From Eledone cirrhosa (lineage: Eukaryota): a DNA stretch of 64,000 bases. The notes below the pieces were generated by a model, which did not search any database, had not been told where the DNA came from, and saw nothing but the letters and a program-made list of their open reading frames with translations. This document shows positions 1 to 10,432 of this stretch, one piece after another. The stretch spans positions 322,586,001-322,650,000 of the forward strand of contig OZ024743.1 of the NCBI GenBank assembly GCA_964016885.1. The letters run 5' to 3'. The position numbers and the translations under genes were made by a program. Numbering within the stretch: the stretch's first letter is position 1; each line of letters starts with the position of its first letter.

Positions 1-257
1 GTATTTCGACCAATCAGTGTGTAGTTTCACTGAATTACTACAGCTGATTGGTTTAAGCGTCACGGCTGGTTGAACATGCTAACGACCAATAGTCATATCC
101 AACGTATCAATTGTTTTGCTTTTTTGAAATGATGAAAATAGCATTTTCTATTAATCATCACCATCAACATCACTTTTATTATTATTATTATTGTTGTTGT
201 TGTTGTTGTTAGTGGTCGTGGTCATAGTGGTAGTAGAAGTAATACCCCTAGGCGTTA

Positions 258-2444
258 TTATTGTTCATTTAGCTTGGGTTTGAATTTATCAATAAAATTC
301 TTTTCTTTGATTTTTCTCTTGATTTCATTTGGGCTGTGTAATTTGTAGAATGGGAATATTATAAATATTCCCTGACCACATGTTGCCAGGTGGCCGCTTA
401 GGGGTATCTGACGGACATTTGGGTCTCTGATTTGTTGACGGTGTACCCGTGCACGTTCCGATAGTGCATTTCCAGTTTGACCGACATATAGTTCTTCACA
501 ATTCGGGCATTTAATGCAGTAAATTAGATTTCTGCTTTTGCAGTTCATATTTGCATTTGTGAATATTTTTCCAGTTTTTGTTTTCATATATTGACCGGCG
601 TGTATGGATTGACATGTGCCGCATCGATTATCATTGCATTTAGATACAGTGAATGATTGGTCTTTGTTGTTAAGGTCAAACTTTGCTTTTGTTAGCAATT
701 GCTTCAAATTTTTTGGCTGTCTTTTACTAAGAGTCAAAGATCGATCTGTGATTAAGCCTTTTAATTCATTACTTTGAGCAATGATCGGTAGGTTTGCTTT
801 GGCAGTGTTGAAGATATTCTGGTGACATGGGTTGTGTGTCATTATAAATGGTATGACCAGTTCTTGGTTTCTTCTTCTTTGGGTTGTTCTAAGTTGTTGT
901 ATAGGTATTTTTATAGCCCGCTGTATGCCATTTTCTATAAGTAGAGATGGGTATTTTTGTTTGAGCAAAAATTCTCTTAGTTCTGTTAGGCGTTTGTACC
1001 TGGTATTCGTATCTTCTACAATGGTACAAATTCTTCTGGCTAGGCAGTATGGGATGTTGCGTTTTGTATGAGGTGGATGGCACGACTTAAAATTCAGATA
1101 TTGATGGGTGTCTGTGTGTTTATAATATATATCCGTGGTAATGGTGGTGTCGTTTTTGATTATCATTATATCTAGGAATGGTAATTTGGTCCTACTCATC
1201 TCTTTTGTGAATTGGAGAGATGGGTGTAGGTTATTCAGGAGGATATTGAACTCATCCAGAGTATCTAGAGATTCTGTCCAGATGATGAAACAGTCGTCAA
1301 GGTATCTCTTCCAAGAATTTTCAATGTACTTTCTAAAGTCAGTACTATATTTTTCCTCTATTTCTTGGTAGAGTTGTTGTTCTAAGTATCCCATTACAGA
1401 GTTCGCGTAAACGGGAGCAAACTTCGTTCCCATCGCTGTGCCTCTAATTTGGATGTAATTCTTTCCATTGAAGAAGAAAGTGTTGTTTTCCAGAATAAGT
1501 TTAACTGCGTCTAATATAAATGGCGCTGTGAATCTAATGGGAATCACTTCTCTATGTTTTTCCACCCAGTATTTAACCGCCTTTATTCCTAAATCATGTG
1601 TAATGTTGGTGTAAAGGCTTACCACATCAAAACTGAGTAGAAGTGAATTCGTTTCCGTGGTTTTGGGAAGATGGGACAGGAAGTCGATATCATCCCGGAT
1701 GAAACTGGGTATGTGAATACATAGTGGTTTCAAAATAATGTCAACAAAATTGCTTAGACGGTGAGTGGGGCATGTTGGACCAGCTATAATAGGTCTAAGT
1801 TTTAAGTCTTTTGGGTGTAATAATTTAATGTACTCACTGTTTTGTTCTCTTACTGCCAGTTGTATTTCTTTTGACTTGTGAACTTTCGGTAGGCCATACA
1901 GGTTGCTGGGTTTCGGCTCAAAATTGGTGATGTAGTCTCTTTCCTTATCAGTAAATGAGTTGTGGTATTTTGAAGCCAGGTTGTTGATCTTCTTCATGAT
2001 GTTGTGGTCTATATTTGACGGTATTTCATGATAGAATGTTGTGTCTTTCAGTTGTTCCTCAACCAAATCCTTGTAGTATTCAGTATCCATTATAACAACT
2101 GCACCCCCTTTATCTGCTTGTTTAATTATTATTGTTTTATCATTTTGTATACGTTTAAGTGCAGACATTTCTGATTTGTTAATGTTTGGCCTAACATTAG
2201 TATTATGTCTAAGAGGAAATTTAGACAGGATGTCAATGTATTGGTCGAGATAGATATTTCTTCCTTTTGGCGGAGTGAAATTTGATTCATTCTTTACTAG
2301 TGATTCATCACTCTCATTATTTTTATCAGCGAAGAATTCTACAAGACGTAATTTTCGACAGAATTCTTGGGTATCCTCCTTCAGTTCTTGGTGGTTGACT
2401 GTTGGAGTCGGTGTGAATTTCAGTCCTTTTGACAGAATTTGCAT
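258..2444 (-). CDS. PLE reverse transcriptase + GIY-YIG endonuclease (copy 1, intact; frame open upstream to ~2585)
   Basis: Motifs KGLKF, ADKGG, YGLPKVHK, RPII, SFDVVSLYTN, GTAMGT, RYLDD, LPFLD, the CNDNRCGTC Zn linker and IYCIKC..LYVGQT (GIY-YIG). Confidence 0.95.
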   Translation of the reverse strand: MQILSKGLKFTPTPTVNHQELKEDTQEFCRKLRLVEFFADKNNESDESLVKNESNFTPPKGRNIYLDQYIDILSKFPLRHNTNVRPNINKSEMSALKRIQNDKTIIIKQADKGGAVVIMDTEYYKDLVEEQLKDTTFYHEIPSNIDHNIMKKINNLASKYHNSFTDKERDYITNFEPKPSNLYGLPKVHKSKEIQLAVREQNSEYIKLLHPKDLKLRPIIAGPTCPTHRLSNFVDIILKPLCIHIPSFIRDDIDFLSHLPKTTETNSLLLSFDVVSLYTNITHDLGIKAVKYWVEKHREVIPIRFTAPFILDAVKLILENNTFFFNGKNYIQIRGTAMGTKFAPVYANSVMGYLEQQLYQEIEEKYSTDFRKYIENSWKRYLDDCFIIWTESLDTLDEFNILLNNLHPSLQFTKEMSRTKLPFLDIMIIKNDTTITTDIYYKHTDTHQYLNFKSCHPPHTKRNIPYCLARRICTIVEDTNTRYKRLTELREFLLKQKYPSLLIENGIQRAIKIPIQQLRTTQRRRNQELVIPFIMTHNPCHQNIFNTAKANLPIIAQSNELKGLITDRSLTLSKRQPKNLKQLLTKAKFDLNNKDQSFTVSKCNDNRCGTCQSIHAGQYMKTKTGKIFTNANMNCKSRNLIYCIKCPNCEELYVGQTGNALSERARVHRQQIRDPNVRQIPLSGHLATCGQGIFIIFPFYKLHSPNEIKRKIKEKNFIDKFKPKLNEQ

Positions 2445-2491
2445 TTCATCATTGTCAAGATCTCTTTTAGATAAATTAATTATTTTAGGAT

Positions 2492-3841
2492 CTACGTGTA
2501 CAGCTGTTTTGGGTATGTTTCCTCCTGGAGTTTTTCTTTTTCCGGTTTTTGTTGTCCTGACGTTAAAAAATGAATTTTTCTCTGTTCAGGATTTATATTC
2601 CTGTTGGTGTTCGCTTGATGAACTTTTGGTCGTGATATTATATTTGGTTTCGTTATGTATTTTGTCCTATTTTTGGTATTCTGTATATTATTTTTCTTCC
2701 TGTTAGCATTATTTTTAACAATCTGGGAAAATGACCTAGGTTTGCTTTCAGGTTTAGATCGTTTTTTCGTCCAGTTTCTTGTGGGCAATCTCTGTTGAGA
2801 TCTTGAGAGTGATCTGGTTATTCTACGTTTTGTTTCCACATTCCTTGTTGGTAGTCTCTGTTGAGATCTTGAGAATGATCTCCTGGTTTTACTACTTCTC
2901 ATGGTCTGGTCAAAGGAATACCTATCGTGTTTGTGCTTTTTGTTCATGTTGTGTGCGATAGGGTGTTTTTGTAGAAAAAGCGAAGAGTTATTACCGTAGT
3001 TCTTCTTTGATTCAAGGTAAGGTGAGTGTTTGTGTTGGCACGTGTTCTGGCGTATGTTGTGTTGATGAGATTGTCCACTTTTAATGCTTTTTCTCAGGGT
3101 TCCAGAGTCTTTACCGTAATTTGCAGCATATTCATCGAGAAATAATTGTTTCTGCTGCCATACCTTTCTTGATTTGTTTTCTTCTTTTGAGATATCTCCG
3201 ATCCATAGTTCTCGTAGTTTTTCAGCTATAATACCAGTCGTTAGCTTTGAAATTTCAACTTCAATTTGGTCATCAATAGCTTCATATTTGGCTTTGTAGC
3301 GGGATTGTTTACATTCAGAAATGGAGATGTCGGTCCTGAATTTTGTCAATGTAAGTTCCCATCGGAGTTTTGTTTCTTCTTCTGGTTCTCCTGCAATTTC
3401 TGTAATTAGGTATTTACGAGGGAGTATGGGTGCCGTTAGAGAGAGCCATTTCGAATGTGTTTCGACATATTTTTCGCATCTGTATGCTTTCCAGAAATTT
3501 TGTTTTCTTATGTTAAGAAATTTTTTCCATGTCTTCCACATTTCTTTTCTTATTCGATGTGTTTTGTTTTCCAAATTTCTTTCGTTTATTTCTGACATCC
3601 AAGGGGGTTGTGGTAGGCTTTCTCTTGTATCTTTGATAACTGTTGGTATAATTTCAGCTAAATTCTTAATTTCAGAGTTTATATGTTCAGTTATAAGTTT
3701 TCCGTCTGTAGATTGTTTTTCTATTTCCTTTAAAATAGAGGATTGTGTGTCCATCATCGTGATAAGTGTTGATAATTTCGATGATATCTCCTTTAGAATT
3801 CTTTCTGATTCTGTTGGTTTCATTTGTTGCTTTCCAGACAT
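2492..3841 (-). CDS. PLE upstream ORF1, 449 aa: helical/coiled-coil-like N-terminus, basic RS-rich C-terminus
   Basis: Long ORF in every unit, CCAACATG start context, repeated RSxSRSQQRLPTRN motif. It overlaps the RT frame in -1. Confidence 0.8.
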   Translation of the reverse strand: MSGKQQMKPTESERILKEISSKLSTLITMMDTQSSILKEIEKQSTDGKLITEHINSEIKNLAEIIPTVIKDTRESLPQPPWMSEINERNLENKTHRIRKEMWKTWKKFLNIRKQNFWKAYRCEKYVETHSKWLSLTAPILPRKYLITEIAGEPEEETKLRWELTLTKFRTDISISECKQSRYKAKYEAIDDQIEVEISKLTTGIIAEKLRELWIGDISKEENKSRKVWQQKQLFLDEYAANYGKDSGTLRKSIKSGQSHQHNIRQNTCQHKHSPYLESKKNYGNNSSLFLQKHPIAHNMNKKHKHDRYSFDQTMRSSKTRRSFSRSQQRLPTRNVETKRRITRSLSRSQQRLPTRNWTKKRSKPESKPRSFSQIVKNNANRKKNNIQNTKNRTKYITKPNIISRPKVHQANTNRNINPEQRKIHFLTSGQQKPEKEKLQEETYPKQLYT

Positions 3842-4045
3842 GTTGGCATATACACAATAGGAATATATATATAGATATAGATAGGTAAATATACACGGGT
3901 GTGTATGATTGTGTATAGAAGATTATATTAATAAGAGGAATTCCAACTTTGTCTGATTTACTCGTTTTATTTACAATCCTTTAAAATATATATAATGGTA
4001 TTATAATGAAATAGTATGATAGAATATTAAATTCTAAGTGTTAAT

Positions 4046-4084
4046 TGAACAAGTACTTTCATGCTTTCGCAATCTTCAGGTTCA
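4046..4084 (-). ncRNA. Minimal type I hammerhead ribozyme in the PLE UTR
   Basis: UGAAC-CUGAAGA-U-UGC-GAAA-GCA-U-GAAA-GUAC-UU-GUUCA. Stem I is UGAAC/GUUCA; stem III is the palindrome AAGUACUU. Confidence 0.85.
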
Positions 4085-4468
4085 TGATATGTGGTGACAG
4101 TCGAGTTTGCAATTTTCAACTGTAATGAGATGGGTAAATTTCCTACCTTTTATACATTTTATACATTTTATACAGAGAAAAGTGGCTCCAGAATGCAAAG
4201 CCCTGTAAACTGTATTTCGACCAATCAGTGTGTAGTTTCACTGAATTACTACAGCTGATTGGTTTAAGCGTCACGGCTGGTTGAACATGCTAACGACCAA
4301 TAGTCATATCCAACGTATCAATTGTTTTGCTTTTTTGAAATGATGAAAATAGCATTTTCTATTAATCATCACCATCAACATCACTTTTATTATTATTATT
4401 ATTGTTGTTGTTGTTGTTGTTAGTGGTCGTGGTCATAGTGGTAGTAGAAGTAATACCCCTAGGCGTTA

Positions 4469-6655
4469 TTATTGTTCATTTAGCTTGGGTTTGAATTTAT
4501 CAATAAAATTCTTTTCTTTGATTTTTCTCTTGATTTCATTTGGGCTGTGTAATTTGTAGAATGGGAATATTATAAATATTCCCTGACCACATGTTGCCAG
4601 GTGGCCGCTTAGGGGTATCTGACGGACATTTGGGTCTCTGATTTGTTGACGGTGTACCCGTGCACGTTCCGATAGTGCATTTCCAGTTTGACCGACATAT
4701 AGTTCTTCACAATTCGGGCATTTAATGCAGTAAATTAGATTTCTGCTTTTGCAGTTCATATTTGCATTTGTGAATATTTTTCCAGTTTTTGTTTTCATAT
4801 ATTGACCGGCGTGTATGGATTGACATGTGCCGCATCGATTATCATTGCATTTAGATACAGTGAATGATTGGTCTTTGTTGTTAAGGTCAAACTTTGCTTT
4901 TGTTAGCAATTGCTTCAAATTTTTTGGCTGTCTTTTACTAAGAGTCAAAGATCGATCTGTGATTAAGCCTTTTAATTCATTACTTTGAGCAATGATCGGT
5001 AGGTTTGCTTTGGCAGTGTTGAAGATATTCTGGTGACATGGGTTGTGTGTCATTATAAATGGTATGACCAGTTCTTGGTTTCTTCTTCTTTGGGTTGTTC
5101 TAAGTTGTTGTATAGGTATTTTTATAGCCCGCTGTATGCCATTTTCTATAAGTAGAGATGGGTATTTTTGTTTGAGCAAAAATTCTCTTAGTTCTGTTAG
5201 GCGTTTGTACCTGGTATTCGTATCTTCTACAATGGTACAAATTCTTCTGGCTAGGCAGTATGGGATGTTGCGTTTTGTATGAGGTGGATGGCACGACTTA
5301 AAATTCAGATATTGATGGGTGTCTGTGTGTTTATAATATATATCCGTGGTAATGGTGGTGTCGTTTTTGATTATCATTATATCTAGGAATGGTAATTTGG
5401 TCCTACTCATCTCTTTTGTGAATTGGAGAGATGGGTGTAGGTTATTCAGGAGGATATTGAACTCATCCAGAGTATCTAGAGATTCTGTCCAGATGATGAA
5501 ACAGTCGTCAAGGTATCTCTTCCAAGAATTTTCAATGTACTTTCTAAAGTCAGTACTATATTTTTCCTCTATTTCTTGGTAGAGTTGTTGTTCTAAGTAT
5601 CCCATTACAGAGTTCGCGTAAACGGGAGCAAACTTCGTTCCCATCGCTGTGCCTCTAATTTGGATGTAATTCTTTCCATTGAAGAAGAAAGTGTTGTTTT
5701 CCAGAATAAGTTTAACTGCGTCTAATATAAATGGCGCTGTGAATCTAATGGGAATCACTTCTCTATGTTTTTCCACCCAGTATTTAACCGCCTTTATTCC
5801 TAAATCATGTGTAATGTTGGTGTAAAGGCTTACCACATCAAAACTGAGTAGAAGTGAATTCGTTTCCGTGGTTTTGGGAAGATGGGACAGGAAGTCGATA
5901 TCATCCCGGATGAAACTGGGTATGTGAATACATAGTGGTTTCAAAATAATGTCAACAAAATTGCTTAGACGGTGAGTGGGGCATGTTGGACCAGCTATAA
6001 TAGGTCTAAGTTTTAAGTCTTTTGGGTGTAATAATTTAATGTACTCACTGTTTTGTTCTCTTACTGCCAGTTGTATTTCTTTTGACTTGTGAACTTTCGG
6101 TAGGCCATACAGGTTGCTGGGTTTCGGCTCAAAATTGGTGATGTAGTCTCTTTCCTTATCAGTAAATGAGTTGTGGTATTTTGAAGCCAGGTTGTTGATC
6201 TTCTTCATGATGTTGTGGTCTATATTTGACGGTATTTCATGATAGAATGTTGTGTCTTTCAGTTGTTCCTCAACCAAATCCTTGTAGTATTCAGTATCCA
6301 TTATAACAACTGCACCCCCTTTATCTGCTTGTTTAATTATTATTGTTTTATCATTTTGTATACGTTTAAGTGCAGACATTTCTGATTTGTTAATGTTTGG
6401 CCTAACATTAGTATTATGTCTAAGAGGAAATTTAGACAGGATGTCAATGTATTGGTCGAGATAGATATTTCTTCCTTTTGGCGGAGTGAAATTTGATTTA
6501 TTCTTTACTAGTGATTCATCACTCTCATTATTTTTATCAGCGAAGAATTCTACAAGACGTAATTTTCGACAGAATTCTTGGGTATCCTCCTTCAGTTCTT
6601 GGTGGTTGACTGTTGGAGTCGGTGTGAATTTCAGTCCTTTTGACAGAATTTGCAT
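4469..6655 (-). CDS. PLE RT + GIY-YIG (copy 2, intact)
   Basis: Protein identical to copy 1 except one residue (NES vs NKS). Confidence 0.95.
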   Translation of the reverse strand: MQILSKGLKFTPTPTVNHQELKEDTQEFCRKLRLVEFFADKNNESDESLVKNKSNFTPPKGRNIYLDQYIDILSKFPLRHNTNVRPNINKSEMSALKRIQNDKTIIIKQADKGGAVVIMDTEYYKDLVEEQLKDTTFYHEIPSNIDHNIMKKINNLASKYHNSFTDKERDYITNFEPKPSNLYGLPKVHKSKEIQLAVREQNSEYIKLLHPKDLKLRPIIAGPTCPTHRLSNFVDIILKPLCIHIPSFIRDDIDFLSHLPKTTETNSLLLSFDVVSLYTNITHDLGIKAVKYWVEKHREVIPIRFTAPFILDAVKLILENNTFFFNGKNYIQIRGTAMGTKFAPVYANSVMGYLEQQLYQEIEEKYSTDFRKYIENSWKRYLDDCFIIWTESLDTLDEFNILLNNLHPSLQFTKEMSRTKLPFLDIMIIKNDTTITTDIYYKHTDTHQYLNFKSCHPPHTKRNIPYCLARRICTIVEDTNTRYKRLTELREFLLKQKYPSLLIENGIQRAIKIPIQQLRTTQRRRNQELVIPFIMTHNPCHQNIFNTAKANLPIIAQSNELKGLITDRSLTLSKRQPKNLKQLLTKAKFDLNNKDQSFTVSKCNDNRCGTCQSIHAGQYMKTKTGKIFTNANMNCKSRNLIYCIKCPNCEELYVGQTGNALSERARVHRQQIRDPNVRQIPLSGHLATCGQGIFIIFPFYKLHSPNEIKRKIKEKNFIDKFKPKLNEQ

Positions 6656-6702
6656 TTCATCATTGTCAAGATCTCTTTTAGATAAATTAATTATTTTAGG
6701 AT

Positions 6703-7950
6703 CTACGTGTACAGCTGTTTTGGGTATGTTTCCTCCTGGAGTTTTTCTTTTTCCGGTTTTTGTTGTCCTGACGTTAAAAAATGAATTTTTCTCTGTTCAG
6801 GATTTATATTCCTGTTGGTGTTCGCTTGATGAACTTTTGGTCGTGATATTATATTTGGTTTCGTTATGTATTTTGTCCTATTTTTGGTATTCTGTATATT
6901 ATTTTTCTTCCTGTTAGCATTATTTTTAACAATCTGGGAAAATGACCTAGGTTTGCTTTCAGGTTTAGATCGTTTTTTCGTCCAGTTTCTTGTGGGCAAT
7001 CTCTGTTGAGATCTTGAGAGTGATCTGGTTATTCTACGTTTTGTTTCCACATTCCTTGTTGGTAGTCTCTGTTGAGATCTTGAGAATGATCTCCTGGTTT
7101 TACTACTTCTCATGGTCTGGTCAAAGGAATACCTATCGTGTTTGTGCTTTTTGTTCATGTTGTGTGCGATAGGGTGTTTTTGTAGAAAAAGCGAAGAGTT
7201 ATTACCGTAGTTCTTCTTTGATTCAAGGTAAGGTGAGTGTTTGTGTTGGCACGTGTTCTGGCGTATGTTGTGTTGATGAGATTGTCCACTTTTAATGCTT
7301 TTTCTCAGGGTTCCAGAGTCTTTACCGTAATTTGCAGCATATTCATCGAGAAATAATTGTTTCTGCTGCCATACCTTTCTTGATTTGTTTTCTTCTTTTG
7401 AGATATCTCCGATCCATAGTTCTCGTAGTTTTTCAGCTATAATACCAGTCGTTAGCTTTGAAATTTCAACTTCAATTTGGTCATCAATAGCTTCATATTT
7501 GGCTTTGTAGCGGGATTGTTTACATTCAGAAATGGAGATGTCGGTCCTGAATTTTGTCAATGTAAGTTCCCATCGGAGTTTTGTTTCTTCTTCTGGTTCT
7601 CCTGCAATTTCTGTAATTAGGTATTTACGAGGGAGTATGGGTGCCGTTAGAGAGAGCCATTTCGAATGTGTTTCGACATATTTTTCGCATCTGTATGCTT
7701 TCCAGAAATTTTGTTTTCTTATGTTAAGAAATTTTTTCCATGTCTTCCACATTTCTTTTCTTATTCGATGTGTTTTGTTTTCCAAATTTCTTTCGTTTAT
7801 TTCTGACATCCAAGGGGGTTGTGGTAGGCTTTCTCTTGTATCTTTGATAACTGTTGGTATAATTTCAGCTAAATTCTTAATTTCAGAGTTTATATGTTCA
7901 GTTATAAGTTTTCCGTCTGTAGATTGTTTTTCTATTTCCTTTAAAATAGA
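6703..7950 (-). pseudogene. ORF1 of copy 2, 5' truncated by the inversion junction
   Basis: Matches ORF1 up to the junction at 7948-7950; the first ~35 codons are missing. Confidence 0.85.
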
Positions 7951-9805
7951 TAAAGGGGGTGCAGTTGTTATAATGGATACTGAATACTACAAGGATTTGG
8001 TTGAGGAACAACTGAAAGACACAACATTCTATCATGAAATACCGTCAAATATAGACCACAACATCATGAAGAAGATCAACAACCTGGCTTCAAAATACCA
8101 CAACTCATTTACTGATAAGGAAAGAGACTACATCACCAATTTTGAGCCGAAACCCAGCAACCTGTATGGCCTACCGAAAGTTCACAAGTCAAAAGAAATA
8201 CAACTGGCAGTAAGAGAACAAAACAGTGAGTACATTAAATTATTACACCCAAAAGACTTAAAACTTAGACCTATTATAGCTGGTCCAACATGCCCCACTC
8301 ACCGTCTAAGCAATTTTGTTGACATTATTTTGAAACCACTATGTATTCACATACCCAGTTTCATCCGGGATGATATCGACTTCCTGTCCCATCTTCCCAA
8401 AACCACGGAAACGAATTCACTTCTACTCAGTTTTGATGTGGTAAGCCTTTACACCAACATTACACATGATTTAGGAATAAAGGCGGTTAAATACTGGGTG
8501 GAAAAACATAGAGAAGTGATTCCCATTAGATTCACAGCGCCATTTATATTAGACGCAGTTAAACTTATTCTGGAAAACAACACTTTCTTCTTCAATGGAA
8601 AGAATTACATCCAAATTAGAGGCACAGCGATGGGAACGAAGTTTGCTCCCGTTTACGCGAACTCTGTAATGGGATACTTAGAACAACAACTCTACCAAGA
8701 AATAGAGGAAAAATATAGTACTGACTTTAGAAAGTACATTGAAAATTCTTGGAAGAGATACCTTGACGACTGTTTCATCATCTGGACAGAATCTCTAGAT
8801 ACTCTGGATGAGTTCAATATCCTCCTGAATAACCTACACCCATCTCTCCAATTCACAAAAGAGATGAGTAGGACCAAATTACCATTCCTAGATATAATGA
8901 TAATCAAAAACGACACCACCATTACCACGGATATATATTATAAACACACAGACACCCATCAATATCTGAATTTTAAGTCGTGCCATCCACCTCATACAAA
9001 ACGCAACATCCCATACTGCCTAGCCAGAAGAATTTGTACCATTGTAGAAGATACGAATACCAGGTACAAACGCCTAACAGAACTAAGAGAATTTTTGCTC
9101 AAACAAAAATACCCATCTCTACTTATAGAAAATGGCATACAGCGGGCTATAAAAATACCTATACAACAACTTAGAACAACCCAAAGAAGAAGAAACCAAG
9201 AACTGGTCATACCATTTATAATGACACACAACCCATGTCACCAGAATATCTTCAACACTGCCAAAGCAAACCTACCGATCATTGCTCAAAGTAATGAATT
9301 AAAAGGCTTAATCACAGATCGATCTTTGACTCTTAGTAAAAGACAGCCAAAAAATTTGAAGCAATTGCTAACAAAAGCAAAGTTTGACCTTAACAACAAA
9401 GACCAATCATTCACTGTATCTAAATGCAATGATAATCGATGCGGCACATGTCAATCCATACACGCCGGTCAATATATGAAAACAAAAACTGGAAAAATAT
9501 TCACAAATGCAAATATGAACTGCAAAAGCAGAAATCTAATTTACTGCATTAAATGCCCGAATTGTGAAGAACTATATGTCGGTCAAACTGGAAATGCACT
9601 ATCGGAACGTGCACGGGTACACCGTCAACAAATCAGAGACCCAAATGTCCGTCAGATACCCCTAAGCGGCCACCTGGCAACATGTGGTCAGGGAATATTT
9701 ATAATATTCCCATTCTACAAATTACACAGCCCAAATGAAATCAAGAGAAAAATCAAAGAAAAGAATTTTATTGATAAATTCAAACCCAAGCTAAATGAAC
9801 AATAA
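7949..9805 (+). pseudogene. RT-EN of copy 3, 5' truncated, beginning at DKGG
   Basis: Identical to the RT-EN from DKGG onward. The upstream part of the 757-aa ORF is antisense ORF1. Confidence 0.9.
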
Positions 9806-9972
9806 TAACGCCTAGGGGTATTACTTCTACTACCACTATGACCACGACCACTAACAACAACAACAACAACAATAATAATAATAATAAAAGTGATGTTGAT
9901 GGTGATGATTAATAGAAAATGCTATTTTCATCATTTCAAAAAAGCAAAACAATTGATACGTTGGATATGACT

Positions 9973-10156
9973 ATTGGTCGTTAGCATGTTCAACCAGCCG
10001 TGACGCTTAAACCAATCAGCTGTAGTAATTCAGTGAAACTACACACTGATTGGTCGAAATACAGTTTACAGGGCTTTGCATTCTGGAGCCACTTTTCTCT
10101 GTATAAAATGTATAAAATGTATAAAAGGTAGGAAATTTACCCATCTCATTACAGTT
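9973..10156 (+). promoter_or_regulatory. Putative Pol II promoter in the PLE UTR (also at 14160-14343 and on the minus strand at ~4118-4301)
   Basis: CCAAT boxes at 9973, 10012 and 10049, TGACG at 10001, three TATAAAA at 10102/10111/10120, and an Inr-like CTCATT/ACAGTT ~25-30 nt downstream. Confidence 0.55.
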
Positions 10157-10189
10157 GAAAATTGCAAACTCGACTGTCACCACATATCA

Positions 10190-10228
10190 TGAACCTGAAG
10201 ATTGCGAAAGCATGAAAGTACTTGTTCA
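10190..10228 (+). ncRNA. Minimal type I hammerhead ribozyme (between copies 3 and 4)
   Basis: Same motif as 4046-4084; predicted cleavage after CUU at 10223. Confidence 0.85.
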
Positions 10229-10432
10229 ATTAACACTTAGAATTTAATATTCTATCATACTATTTCATTATAATACCATTATATATATTTTAAAGGATTG
10301 TAAATAAAACGAGTAAATCAGACAAAGTTGGAATTCCTCTTATTAATATAATCTTCTATACACAATCATACACACCCGTGTATATTTACCTATCTATATC
10401 TATATATATATTCCTATTGTGTATATGCCAAC

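Noticed and set aside
832-3860. Short antisense ORFs over the PLE
   Set aside because: Shadow ORFs of A-rich coding sequence with no motifs.
7532-9805. 757-aa ORF as a novel RT fusion protein
   Set aside because: The N-terminal ~139 aa are the antisense of ORF1, joined in frame by chance at the inversion junction.
9960-10070. SECIS element or second hammerhead in the PLE UTR
   Set aside because: There is no in-frame UGA in the ORFs and no convincing SECIS geometry; the hairpin lacks CUGANGA.
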